Shown here piece after piece: positions 28,201 through 41,705 of a stretch of 64,000 bases of DNA. The number at the start of each line of letters is the position of its first letter. Positions within the stretch are counted from its first letter, which is position 1. A program made the position numbers and the translations under genes. The notes under the pieces were generated by a model. That model was not told where the DNA came from. It worked only from the letters and a program-made list of their open reading frames with translations, and did not search any database. Source of the stretch: Octopus vulgaris (lineage: Eukaryota); the NCBI GenBank assembly GCA_951406725.2, contig OX597815.1, positions 49,414,001 through 49,478,000 of the forward strand, written 5' to 3'.

Positions 28201-29483
28201 TTCAGCTGGCAACTAAGTTCCCACCATTTTTTAAAATTTAAATTTTTTGAAAGGTTTAATAGAAAATAACAACTAATTAATCAATAATGTATTCACCCTT
28301 GTTGTTTACAACTTCTTCCCAATGTTCAACAAGATTTTCAATACCACGTTGGTAGAAATCACTCGATTTTGACTTGAAAAATTGATCCAACCAAGCTCTC
28401 AATTCTACATCAGTATTGAATGAAACTCCATGCATAGCATTTGAAAGAGGTAAAAATCCGGTGGTGCCAAATCAGGAGAGTATGGCGGGTGTGGCAGCAC
28501 TTCCCAGTCATGTGTTTGAATGTCTTCCTTGGTCATATAGGTGATATGAGGGTGGGCGTTGTCATGCAGCAGAAGAACTACATGCTGCTGATTAGGTCTT
28601 TTCTCTTGAATAGCCATGTTGAGTCATTCCATCTGTTGAACACAGAGTTCTACGTTGACCATTTGGTTCTGTTCAAGCAATTTGTAATGGATAATCCCTT
28701 CCCAGTCCCACCATATGCACAACATTGTTTTTCACGGATGAAGATCTTGTTTCATGCGTGGTGTTGCTTGTTTACTGGGGCTAAGCCATTCCTTATGCTG
28801 CTTCATATTGATGTACAGGCACCATTTTTGTCACTAGTAATGATTCAGTAAAGAAATCGTTGCTTGTGTCCATGAGGTGAGCAATAAGGAGCAAGCAAAC
28901 CAGCGGAGACTGTGACTTGTTGATTTTTGCTGTTGTCACTTAAAGCATGTAGAACTCATGCAGAACTTCTGAAGCTTTCCCGTCAAGTGAAGATTCTTCT
29001 CCATAGCAGTGTGGGAGCATTCCATTTTCTCTGCCAGTTCCCTTGTCGTTTGATGAGAAATTTTGTGCAAAAGTTGGTTTAATCGCTCTTCATGAAACTC
29101 AACTGCATGGTCAGAATGATGTGCATCTTTGAGGTCAAAAATTCCATTTTTGAACTTGGCATGCCAATCATGAGCGGTTCTTTCAGCTAAGGCACCCTCT
29201 CCATACACAGCACAAATATCACGAGCAGCTTTTGCAGCCTTAGAACATTGATTAAAAGCAAAAACAAGGAGGTGTCGAAAATGCTCATTTTTCTTAACTT
29301 GACATTACATTTTAATGATCTGAAAATAAACAAAATTTAACTAAAGTTAACTAGAAAAAAAAAACATAAGAGATTCCAAAATGATTCAAAAATAGAATTC
29401 TCAAAAAAAATAGATTCCAAAATTTAAAAACACAATAAATTCCAATATTTAAAAAAATGGCAGGAACTTAGTTGCCAACCTAA
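28201..29483 (-). mobile_element. Full-length mariner transposon (about 1.28 kb), inactive
   Basis: TIRs ttcagctggcaactaagttcccaccatttttt / aaaaaatggcaggaacttagttgccaacctaa, TA flanks, transposase remnants inside. Confidence 0.93.
28277..29310 (-). pseudogene. mariner transposase pseudogene
   Basis: HFRHLL..AARDICAVYGEGAL..; IITSD.KW; LLHDNAHPH; WEVLPHPPYSPDLAPPDFYLF; FYQRGIENLVEHWEEVVNNKGEYIID*; several stops and frameshifts. Confidence 0.92.
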
Positions 29484-29722
29484 TATATATATATATATTG
29501 GGTTGGCAACTATATATACATACATTGCTTGTCCTTACATTTATTCCTATATGCATATATATGTGTGTTTGTGTGTGTGTGTGAAAAATACTATGTAAAG
29601 GTTGAAAATGCATCAAATTTTTATATACATATATTCTTGTGTAATTGAAAAACACTAACTTTTTTAACATAAGGGGAAAATAGTTTATTTTATATATTCA
29701 TATGTAAGAAAATAAATGTATA

Positions 29723-29879
29723 GGTGCAGGTGTGGCTGTGTGGTAAGAAGCTTGGTTTCCAACCACATGGTTCTGTGTTCAGTTCCACTGCGAGACACCT
29801 TGGGCAAATGTCTTCTACTATAGCTTCAGGCCAACCAAAGCCTTGTGAGTAGATTTGATAGATGAAAACTGAAAGAAGC

Positions 29880-29910
<31 letters not shown>

Positions 29911-30100
29911 TTTTGTGTGTTTGTGTCTCTGTTTGTCCCCACCACCATCACTTGACAACTGATGTTGGTGTGTTAGACTGATAGAATATTTACTAGGCTT
30001 ACAAAGAATAAGTCCTTAGGTCATTTCTTCAACTGAAACCCATTAAGGTGGTGCTCCAGCATGACCACAGTCAAATAAAAAAAAATGAAAGAAAAAAGAA
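29723..30100 (+). mobile_element. SINE family A
   Basis: Head to tail, small internal deletion. Confidence 0.88.
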
Positions 30101-30397
30101 TATAAAAATATGTTTTCCACAGAATGAGTGTTTTTTCCTTATAGTTTAACTGCAAATATATTGGCGTACATATTCATAATATAGGAGAGAGAGAGAGAAA
30201 GGAATCACATGTTAATCATATGTTACTGTGAGCCTTTTGTATTGAAAAAATTTTAGTGTATGCATTTTTGTGTATGTTGCAACTAAACGAGATTTTGTAG
30301 TAGAACAAAAGGTCATATTTAACTGACCAGGGTCCGTTTTACGGTGATAATCAGTTTAATGAGTTTTGGGTTATTTTTCCATATTTGAAACCATATG

Positions 30398-30849
30398 CAA
30401 GGTTGGCCAAAAGTCAAGTGACAGCAAAACACCCTTTCGTTACCAACCCGGCCAAAACCGGCTCTGGCTCTGTAGTATTAATGTCTTGTTTTCATAAGTT
30501 TTTCATTAAAATCTTCCACCAAACCTTAGTTGCAATTTATGTTCCTAACACTAGCTTAATGATAAGTAAGTTATTTTACTAAATTCTTTATTATATTTAA
30601 AATAATTGAAAGAAACATAGAGCATCTCAAAATAAATACAGTAACGAAAGGGTTAATTCCAAGATTAAAACAAAAAATTACATTATATGAGACTTCGCTA
30701 ATAAATAGAGAAATGTTGGAAAGCAAACAGTGATTTTAACTCACAGCATTCAATTATTAAACATTCATAATTGGAATGAATAAATAAAATTGAATATTAA
30801 GTATTTATGAAATTTTCATTTACTGTCAGGGGACTTTTGGGCAACCCTG
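30398..30849. mobile_element. Tc1/mariner-type MITE
   Basis: TIRs caaggttggccaaaagtcaagtgacagcaaa / tttactgtcaggggacttttgggcaaccctg-ta. Confidence 0.7.
30432..30652. mobile_element. piggyBac-like MITE nested in the Tc1-type MITE
   Basis: Perfect 12-bp TIRs ccctttcgttac / gtaacgaaaggg; TTAA on the right only. Confidence 0.8.
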
Positions 30850-30974
30850 TATGCATGTGTGTTTGTACATATGTATTTATGTGTGTGTGTGTATATGAGT
30901 GTGTATGTGAGTGTGTGTGTGTATGAGTGTATATGTGAGTGTGTGTGTATGTGTGTGTGTGTGTGTAAATATCT

Positions 30975-31712
30975 TCCTTTTCATTTTTACTTGTTTTGGT
31001 TATTAGACTGTGGCCATGCTGGGGCAACACCTTGAAGAATTTTTTGTTGAATACATTGATTCCAGTACTTATTTTTTTAAAGCCTAGTACTTATTCTATC
31101 TGTGTCTTTTGCTGAACCACTAAGTTACAGGTATGTAAATACACCAGCACCAATTGTCAAGTAGCGGTGGTGGTGGTGGGAAGAAACACAAACACAAAGA
31201 CACACCCACATTATTATTGTTTAACATCTGCCTCCCATGCTGGCATAGGTTGGACACACACACACACACATATATGACAAACTACTTTCAGTTTCCATCT
31301 ACAAAATCCACTCACAAAGCTTTGGTCGACCCCAGTAGTAGAAGACACTTGTCCAGGGTACCATGCGGTAGAACCAAACCCAGTATCATGTGATCGGGAA
31401 GCACATTGCTTACACACGATCACATACATACACGTATACATGTATATGCATATGCACTCCTAGTTCAGATACGCATACATAGAAACATACACAATACCTG
31501 TGCACACACACACACACACACACGCACACACACACGCACACACACACACACACGCACACACACACGATGGGCTTCTTTTAGTTTCCATCTACTCACATGA
31601 CTTTGGTCTACCCGAAACTATAGTAGAAAATGCCCAAGGTGGCATGCAGTGGGACTGAACCCAGAATCATGTGATTGAAAAGCAAACTTATTACCACACA
31701 GCCATGCCTGTA
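30975..31712 (-). mobile_element. SINE family A (30975-31430) plus a second 5' half (31565-31712)
   Basis: Family motifs on the minus strand. Confidence 0.8.
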
Positions 31713-32539
31713 CTTGGTTTGTATGTACATGCATAAGTATACACATCAAGCTTGGTTGAATGATTAAGAACTTAGTTTTTCAGTTATAAAGTCCCCTGTT
31801 CAAATTCACTGTGATACCTTGGGCAATTATCTTCAATCATAGCCTTTGGAACAAAATCAGTTAAACAGGAACTGTGAAAACCCTTTGAATATATCAGTAA
31901 TTCAATTGGCCAATTTTGTCACATGATGTGTTGCGGTAATTCTGCTTCAGGATTATGTTAAGAGTACACGTGTCTGAGGAATACTCAGCCACTTATACTG
32001 TAATTCAATGAGTTGGCAGATCTGTTGATTGGACAACTGAAATATTGATTGTTAAAACTAATAGAGGACCCATTTACTTTTGTATGTGTTTGCAAGTGTG
32101 TGTGATTATATGTGTGTATATGCGTCAGTTGTGTATGTATGTGAGTCTAGCTGTCTGTCTCTGTGTGTATGAGCATGAAATATAGCATGCTCACAGATAT
32201 ACGTACATTGTACATATTTCTTAACAAGAAACCATTTCTATTGAAATATAAACCAATTTATTTATAATTTAATTCCATGGAGAAAACTATATTGGTCTTC
32301 CTCCACTCCTAATCACAACCAAAACCTTACTGCCACCACTCCCACTTCAAACCACCCCCACTACTACTACTACTACAATCACCACTGCCAACATCACCAC
32401 TACCACCACTACTGCGTCTGTTATTCCTTGTCTCTAGACCAGAAACGACATCAGCAATTTGATATTTAATACGTAAGGTGACAGCAATTGAAAGGAAACA
32501 AAATACAACAAAAATAATGATAATGATATTAAGAATAAC

Positions 32540-33370
<831 letters not shown>

Positions 33371-33765
33371 GATACAAAACAAAAAATAACAAAAAGCAAA
33401 TAAAGCATACAAGTAATGTCAAGAAAACCCATAAAATTAGCTAAAAATTTGTTTAAACCAAGACACAAAACATAGATTAAGACTATCTGTCCATGTGTTT
33501 GTGCATGTGTCTGTTCCTGTGCCTTTGATGCATTTTATTGTTGTCAGCACAAGAAGAATAAGATATTCTACAATATATATATTTTGTTGTTTTGGCCATG
33601 GCAAGTAATGTTACAGTATTATTGAATTTCATCCAATATTTATCAAATTTTCTTCCAAGCCGCCGATATATGGAGTAAAGTGGGTTGTGTGGGATCAAGA
33701 TGGGGGTGATGAATTAAAAAACAAAGGAAAAAAAGGACAGAACACACATACATATATATATACAT

Positions 33766-33828
<63 letters not shown>

Positions 33829-33844
33829 CATATATATATACATG

Positions 33845-33879
<35 letters not shown>

Positions 33880-34365
33880 ACTGTTGGAAAGTAACCAGAA
33901 TTGTTTCGCTACTAATTAAACTGACATTCTGCTTTATACATACTCAGTTTCATTTGAGTGCATGTGTGTGGATGTGCATATGTGTATATTTGTGTGTGTA
34001 TGTGTGTGTGAGTGTGTGTGTGTGTGTGTGTGCAGGCTTGATGGAAATAAACAAACACACATACAGATAGATACATGCATGCAAATATCGTTGACACATA
34101 AACATATTAATTAACTGTGTATATACTTTTAACAAAGCTTGTATATTGTATGTCTTATATATATTTTCCATGCATAAACACAGACACAATCACTCACAAA
34201 GACATATATAAGATGACATTACATCAATATACATACACACACACATATATTTATATATATATTTACATATAATATATAATATTTATATATATCTATATGT
34301 AACATATATCAAATTTATATATAATATACATATAATATAAATATATCTATATACAATTTTTATGA

Positions 34366-34410
<45 letters not shown>

Positions 34411-34575
34411 ATATACTCATGCATATTCATGATAGTAAGGCACACAAAGACACATATAAGATGACACTGACACTGCAGCACTATGCTAAATATAGATACA
34501 AGTCACTCTTTATCCAGCTGAAAAGATTAAAATATCTCAAGACATGAGTGGTCATCAGAATGACTATTGATTCTC

Positions 34576-34810
34576 TTGTCAAACAAAATAAAAGCCATCT
34601 TCCTTCTCCGTTGTCAAACAAACGTTATCAGGTTAATACTTTCTTATTGTTGAAAAATAATAAGTCCAATATCTTCGGATTGTTTTTCATTACAAGCCCC
34701 AATATCTTTCTATAGTCAAGTATAAATCAAATATTTTCCCCATTGTGGGACAAAAACAATAAGGTCAATATTTTTTTTATTGTCAAGCATAACAAATCCA
34801 ATAATAGGTT
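34576..34810. repeat. Degenerate minisatellite, about 7 units of 30-37 bp
   Basis: ttgt(c)aa..caatat motifs starting at 34576, 34611, 34647, 34680, 34713, 34743, 34780. Confidence 0.55.
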
Positions 34811-35152
34811 CACTCATACACGATATTGGCAAATACGATAAAGCCATGTTTAGTGAGAATCTATTGGATGTAGTTAAATAAGGAATCTGTCGTGGGAACT
34901 TATTTATAAATCCCTTGACTGTCTAATTGAGAAGGTTAATTTTCTCATAAATAGACTTATTCAATTTGACACAATGCGCTTTAGTAATTGATTCTGTTTT
35001 AGAGCTTTCTGAATGTTATAGGCTTTAAATATGCTTTTTTACATGAAAGTAAAAGAGCATTTGCATAGTTGTTCAAATTGCTAGAAATAGCAACCAAACT
35101 ACCCTTAAATTGCATGCTAGTGTCTTGAATAAGAAACCAAAAGGCATTAGAT

Positions 35153-35592
35153 CAGTGGTTCTCCACTGGGCTCCATATAAGATTTTTTATGGGGTTCTAC
35201 ACAAGCAAAACAGTAAATTTTGCTTGCATGGAACCTCAAAATAATATATTAAGGGCCAATGAAAATATTTTGACTGAGATGTATTTATTGTAAGAAACAC
35301 CAAAATATTAGGCTGAGGAAAAAGTTCGTGCATTGTGTTAAAATAATGCTTTTTTATATATTTTTGTGGTATGTCTTCATTCAGTTCATTATTTTAACAC
35401 AGAAAACGATGCTTTACATAGTTTAATCTGTGTAAAAACAAGTTAATGTGTGAATAACAAAATAGGAATTTTGAAAGAAGTATCTTTAAAACTATTTTTC
35501 AAAGATTGAATGACTATAGGGGTCCACCAGAAGAGAATTGTAAACAAAAGTGTCCATAAATTAAAAAAAAAAGCACCGGCTGAGAACCACTG
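35153..35592. mobile_element. hAT-type MITE
   Basis: TIRs cagtggttctc / gagaaccactg with perfect 8-bp TSD cattagat. Confidence 0.9.
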
Positions 35593-37755
35593 CATTAGAT
35601 GATCCCATCTATAATAGGCACAAGGCCAGAAATTTAGAGGGATTACACTGACACTCCCCCACCACCAGTACTCAACTTTTACTTATTCCATCGGCCCTGA
35701 CAGGACGAAGAGAAAAGTTAACCTTAGCAGAATTTGAACTCAGAATGTAAAGATGCATTAGATAATAAAATCCTAAATATTACTAAAAAGACTTGATGGT
35801 CATGGGCGGAATACTTTCGACTGTAGGCCTGCCCAGTTAGAGTTGACTTAGAGCAAAACTACCAAAACAACAACGACAGCAACATCACAGATATTTTCTG
35901 CTAATATTCATCACTCATTTCAGTATTGCTCCGACTTCTTCAAATTGTTTATGCTTGTCCATTCTTTTGTCTTTGATCCTATCTTGCATTTTTCTTTTAT
36001 CTTTCTCTTCCTCTTCGTCTTCTTCTTTCTTTTTCTTCTCTGCCTCCTCCTTCTCCTCCACCTCCTCCTTCTCCTCCACCTCCTCCTTCTTTTTCTTTGT
36101 GCTGTTGACCCTTGCAAGTTTCTCTGTAATCTTGACATATGTCCATACTGTGTCAATTTTTATCAGCTAACTAAAAGAAAAGCAAATTTCAGCTATAACC
36201 ATTGTCTGTCTACCAGCACCACAAAAGTTTTGGCATCAGATTCTGTACTCACATCTGACATTTTAACTGTTCATCGGTCTATCAATCACATTTTTGTTGT
36301 TATTGCTGTTGCTGTAGTTGTTGTTGTTGTTGATGCTGTCACTCGAAGAGCAAGTTATACTTTTACAGGTTCCAGCCAGTGGGCAGTGGCTATACTGAGG
36401 AACCAGCATTATTGACCCCTACATAGAAATGCTAATGCATTTTAGACATATTTAATCAGATACCAAAATAAATAAAATATTAAAAAATATGCATACACAC
36501 ACACAATAAAATAAAAGGCTCAGAAATCAATATATATATATATATATAATCAATATATCATTATTATTCCAGTAGATTACTAACATGAATTCATTGGTGA
36601 AATTGAAAAATGTAACACCATTTTCTCTCTACCTTAATATAGAATCTTCCATAGATTAGTGTAAATGACATTATATAGCAACCAGACATAGGCTGTCTTT
36701 CTATAACATATACAATAACATCATTATCATCATTTAACCTCAATTTTACATCCTGGCATAGGCTGGATGGCTTAGCAGGAACTGGAAGGGCCAAAGGCCA
36801 CACCAGGTTTCATTGGCTGTTCTGGTTTCTACAGCTGGATGCCCTGCCTAACACCAGCCACTTTACAGAGTGTACATGGTGCCAGCACCCACACTGAACT
36901 TTGCACAGCATTCTAAAAGCTTTTTACCTGAACCTTACTTAACTGTATGTATGTATGTATATATGTATGTATGTATGTATGAATGTATGTATGTATGTAT
37001 GTATGTATGTATGTATGTATGTATGTATGTATGTATGTATGTATGTATGTATGTATGTATGTATGCATGTATGCATGTATGTATGTGTGTAATGGATGAA
37101 CTTATGAAAATTGACAGCCATCCAATACTGTGTATAGAGGCTTAATCCTGCTTTTCTTATGGACAATAGTAGTTCCTGCAACAATCATTGACAAAATGGT
37201 AATTTTGGTGCCAAAAATACAGTGGCTGCAGAAAGGCTCAACACATTTCCAATGAGTAGACATAACAAGTTCAGTCAGCAGACAATGAGAATGTAGGTAC
37301 AGTGTACCACATTAATGGTAGCAGAAGATCCCTAATCCTTGTTAGGATATCACTCCAGGAGAAGGAACACTCTGATGTAAAACCTGCAACATGATTGCAG
37401 AAAATGTTGACTAGTTCTTCTTTTGGTAAGTATCTATCATCATTGTTCAGACAGTAGGATTCGTTGTGTGCAAGGCCTCCCCCTACTTTAAAAGACACCA
37501 TGCAACAGGAATTGCTTGGCATCAAGCTATGGCTAGTTCACTATGCCATATGGGCAGTGTCTGATGATTGTGCAAGGATACCAGATGTGTTAAGAAACAC
37601 TGTTTGGTATGCTCCCAACACATAAAACTAATAGTAGAACAAAAATATATTGTGTTTATTAAATAATATTTATCTCTTACCAGATGGAGTACTTTCTTTG
37701 TTGATCTTACTATCACAGAACAGTAATACGCACACACACATGCACACACATGCAT

Positions 37756-37826
<71 letters not shown>

Positions 37827-38933
37827 CACACACGCAAACACACAATTTCTCAGAAAGTACTGAAATTGTGATGACTTTTGGTCAATAACTGATGAAGGAT
37901 TATGTATGTCTGCATTCACTGTGTGTGTTTCTGCTTTCCTGTATGTTCCTTTGTCATCCTACTGGGTCAAATTTTTATTTTATATGCATATAGATTGAGA
38001 GAGGGGCAGGGAGAGAGAGAGAGAGAGAGAGAGAGTATGTCCAATTAACCAATCAAACTAGAGTAACACTGGTCATATGACTTTGTAAACAGCTTAAATG
38101 TTTGCTCAGATTATCATATCGTCTGTGGAGGATAATGGCTTGATCTTCATTTCCCAAATTTCTAAATTTCTTTACATTCAAACTGAATCATTGAAAACAA
38201 CAACAACAACAGCAACAGCAACAACAGCAACAAATACACATAAATGATTTTCTTCTTCACTTCATCATCTTTTCCCCTTTCATATAATTATTTTCTTTTT
38301 ATATGTTTTTCCCCTTTTCCCTTCTATTTAATTCCCACTCCACAAAAGCTTTTAATTTTAAACAGATGGAAAATAGAAATGACAACTATTATCTCCCTCT
38401 CTTGCTCTCTCTCCCATGTCTTTATCTTTCACTTCCCTCTTCCTATTTGCTCTGTTCTTACTCTATCTCTACATATTTATCCTACCAAATCCATTTGCTC
38501 AGTGCAGAATCAACAATACAAGGCTCATTGAGCTGAGACCCACAGGTAACTGACAAACAAAAAAAAAATAAAAGGACATGGCTTTATTATATGAACACAT
38601 CTTTTAGTATCAGTTATATATGCCTATATATATATATCATCATCATCATTTAATGTCCGTTGTCCATACTGGCATGGGTTGGATGGTTAGACCGGGGCTT
38701 GTAAGCTGGAAGGCTGTACCAAACTACAGTGTGATGTGACATGGTTTTCTATGGCTGGATGCCCTTCCTAATGCCAACACTTTGATTGTATAATGGCTGC
38801 ATTTACTTGCTATCAGCACGGGTGCCATTTGCATGACATCAGTATCTGTCATATATATATATATACACACACACATATATATATCTTTTACTTATTTCAG
38901 TCATTAGACTGCAGTCATGCTGAGGCACCATCT

Positions 38934-39539
38934 TGACAACTATTATCTCCCTCTCTTGCTCTCTCTCCCATGTCTTTATCTTTCACTTCCCTCTTCCTAT
39001 TTGCTCTGTTCTTACTCTATCTCTACATATTTATCCTACCAAATCCATTTGCTCAGTGCAGAATCAACAATACAAGACACAATATACAAACAAACACACA
39101 CACATACACATACATTCACTCAAACACACACACACAGACATGGCTTTATTATATGAGACCGGGGCTTGTAAGCTGGAAGGCTGTACCAAACTACAGTGTG
39201 ATGTGACATGGTTTTCTATGGCTGGATGCCCTTCCTAATGCCAACACTTTGATTGTATAATGGCTGATTTTATGTGTCACTGACACAGGTGCCAGACGAG
39301 GCTGGCGAACGGCCACACTCTGATGGTGTTTTTTATGTGACATATAAACACATAAATATACAACAGGCTTCTTTCAGTTTCTGTCTACCAAATCCACCTA
39401 CAAGGCTTTGGTTGACCCAAGCCTATAGTAGAAGAAACTTACCCAAGGTGCTATAAAATGGGACTGAACCTAGAACCTAGAACCGTGCAGTTGGACAGCA
39501 AACTTCTTACCACACAGCTACACTTTTTTCTGAACAAAG
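38934..39539 (+). repeat. Patchwork duplication of four neighbouring segments
   Basis: Copies of 38380-38522, 38575-38594, 38689-38799 and 39769-40043. Confidence 0.9.
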
Positions 39540-40091
39540 TGTCTAATCCAAGCCAGCATGGGAAGTGGATGTTAAGTGATGATGATGATGATGATGATAT
39601 CATCATCATCATCATCATCGTTTAACGTCCGCTTTCCATGCTAGCATGGGTTGGACGGTTTAACTGGGGTCTGGGGAGCCCGAAGGCTGCACCAGGCCAG
39701 TCAGATCTGGCAGTGTTTCTACAGCTGGATGCCCTTCCTAACGCCAACCACTCCGAGAGTGTAGTGGGTGATTTTATGTGTCACTGACACAGGTGCCAGA
39801 CGAGGCTGGCGAACGGCCACACTCTGATGGTGTTTTTTATGTGACATATAAACACATAAATATACAACAGGCTTCTTTCAGTTTCTGTCTACCAAATCCA
39901 CCTACAAGGCTTTGGTTGACCCAAGCCTATAGTAGAAGAAACTTACCCAAGGTGCTATAAAATGGGACTGAACCTAGAACCTAGAACCGTGCAGCTGGGC
40001 AGCAAACTTCTTACCACACAGCTACACTTTTTTCTGAACAAAGAAATGGTTTTCTTTGTCTCCTTCTTATAATTTAGTATATGCATATACA

Positions 40092-40123
<32 letters not shown>

Positions 40124-40178
40124 TGTGCGTGCGTGCGTGCATGTGCGTGTGTGTGTGTGTGTTTATGTATGTATGTAA

Positions 40179-40226
<48 letters not shown>

Positions 40227-40229
<3 letters not shown>

Positions 40230-40323
40230 ACTTAGATAAACTTAGATATGTTTCGACCAAAGATTGGTCCACATGGCCTGGACCAATCTTTGGTCGAAAC
40301 ATATCTAAGTTTATCTAAGTTGA
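40227..40323. repeat. Perfect inverted repeat, 45-bp arms and 7-nt loop
   Basis: 40227-40271 is the exact reverse complement of 40279-40323. Confidence 0.95.
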
Positions 40324-40335
40324 TATATATATATA

Positions 40336-40903
40336 TTGGGTTGTCCGGAAAGTTCATGCTGATTTATAGTAGCTTACCTTTCGACTTATTTTAGAACATG
40401 GTTGAGTCCATAAAATAGGATTTGACTACACTTCCATTTAGAGCACAGTTTAAGCTATCTTTTCGTGGAAGAAGGTTTATGTTCCTATAACCTGTCTTAA
40501 TTCTGTAACCTTTTAAAATGGAAGATAAGAAAGTTCATTTTCAGCACTTGATGCTTTGGGAACCAGACAAAAATTGCTGCAGCTCAGCTGGGATGTGTTA
40601 CCCCCACCCTCCATATTCATCAGATATTACTCCTTTGGGTTTCCACTTATTCAGGTCTCTGCAGAATAGTCTTAATGGTAAAAATTTCAACTCCTTGGAT
40701 GACGTAAAAAGATACCTTGATGAATTCTTTGCCATGAAACCACCTCAAATTATGGAAAGAGGGTATTTTCAAGTTAAAGGAAAGATGGAGATGCATTGTG
40801 CAACAAAATGGTTCATATTTCGCTGATTAAAAATGTAATGGCAAGTATTTATTGACCTTTTTCTTTCCTTTAAAAATCGGCATGAACTTTCCGGACAACC
40901 CAA
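40336..40903 (+). mobile_element. Internally deleted mariner (568 bp)
   Basis: TIRs ttgggttgtccggaaagttcatgctgattt / aaatcggcatgaactttccggacaacccaa, TA flanks; MEDKKVHFQHLMLWE joined to PHPPYSSDITP..FHLFRSLQNSLNGKNF. Confidence 0.92.
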
Positions 40904-41317
40904 TATATACACCAAATTATTAGGAGACAAAAAAAATTCTTTAACACATCTTTAGTGATTTGTTACAATTGTTTCTGTACCAACTACATTTGCAAAACCA
41001 GTTTATGCAAAAATACAGTGAAAATTCATGTAATGTTTGCAGTTTTAAACATTAGAGAGGCACTTCATCAGACTTGCATCAAAGGTGTGCTGTCGACTTT
41101 ACACCCTACCAGGACCTAACAATATGGATAAATATGAATTACATTTGACAGAATAAGCTGAATGCAAAAGAGATATAGGCTTGTGATTAAGAAGTTTGCA
41201 TGGTTTCAGATTCAATCCCACTGCGTGGCAACTTGGACAATTATCTTCTATTATTGCATGGCTCCAATATGGCCTAACTACAATGACTGAAACAAGAAAT
41301 TGAATATCAGTATATAG

Positions 41318-41387
<70 letters not shown>

Positions 41388-41404
41388 TTGTACATATATA
41401 ATAG

Positions 41405-41705
41405 GCACATTGTCAGTTATGATGACGAGGTTTCCAGTTGATCTGATCAACAAAACAGCTTGCTCATCAAATTATTGTGCAAGTGGCTGAGTACTCCAGA
41501 GACATGTATATCCTTAACATAGTTTGAAAGGAGGACACAGTATGTGACAAAGCTGGCCCTTTGAAATACAGGCATTACTCATTTTCACCAGCTGAGTGGT
41601 CTAGAGCAATGTGAAATAAAGTGTCTTGCTCAAATACATTGCTGGGAATTGAACTCATGACCTTATGATCATGAGCCAAATACCTTAATCACTAAGCTAC
41701 AAGCC
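41405..41705 (-). mobile_element. tRNA-headed SINE, family C (diverged copy at about 31750-32075, plus)
   Basis: Minus strand gtagcttagtgattaagg..gagttcaattccc..ttgagcaagacacttta; shared gtggctgagtactcc segment. Confidence 0.7.

Noticed and set aside
34576-34810. CRISPR array
   Set aside because: No conserved repeat with unique spacers, eukaryotic context and no cas genes
37250-37640. Complex segment as a transposase remnant or exon
   Set aside because: Frames are interrupted and no clear catalytic motif or splice pair was found
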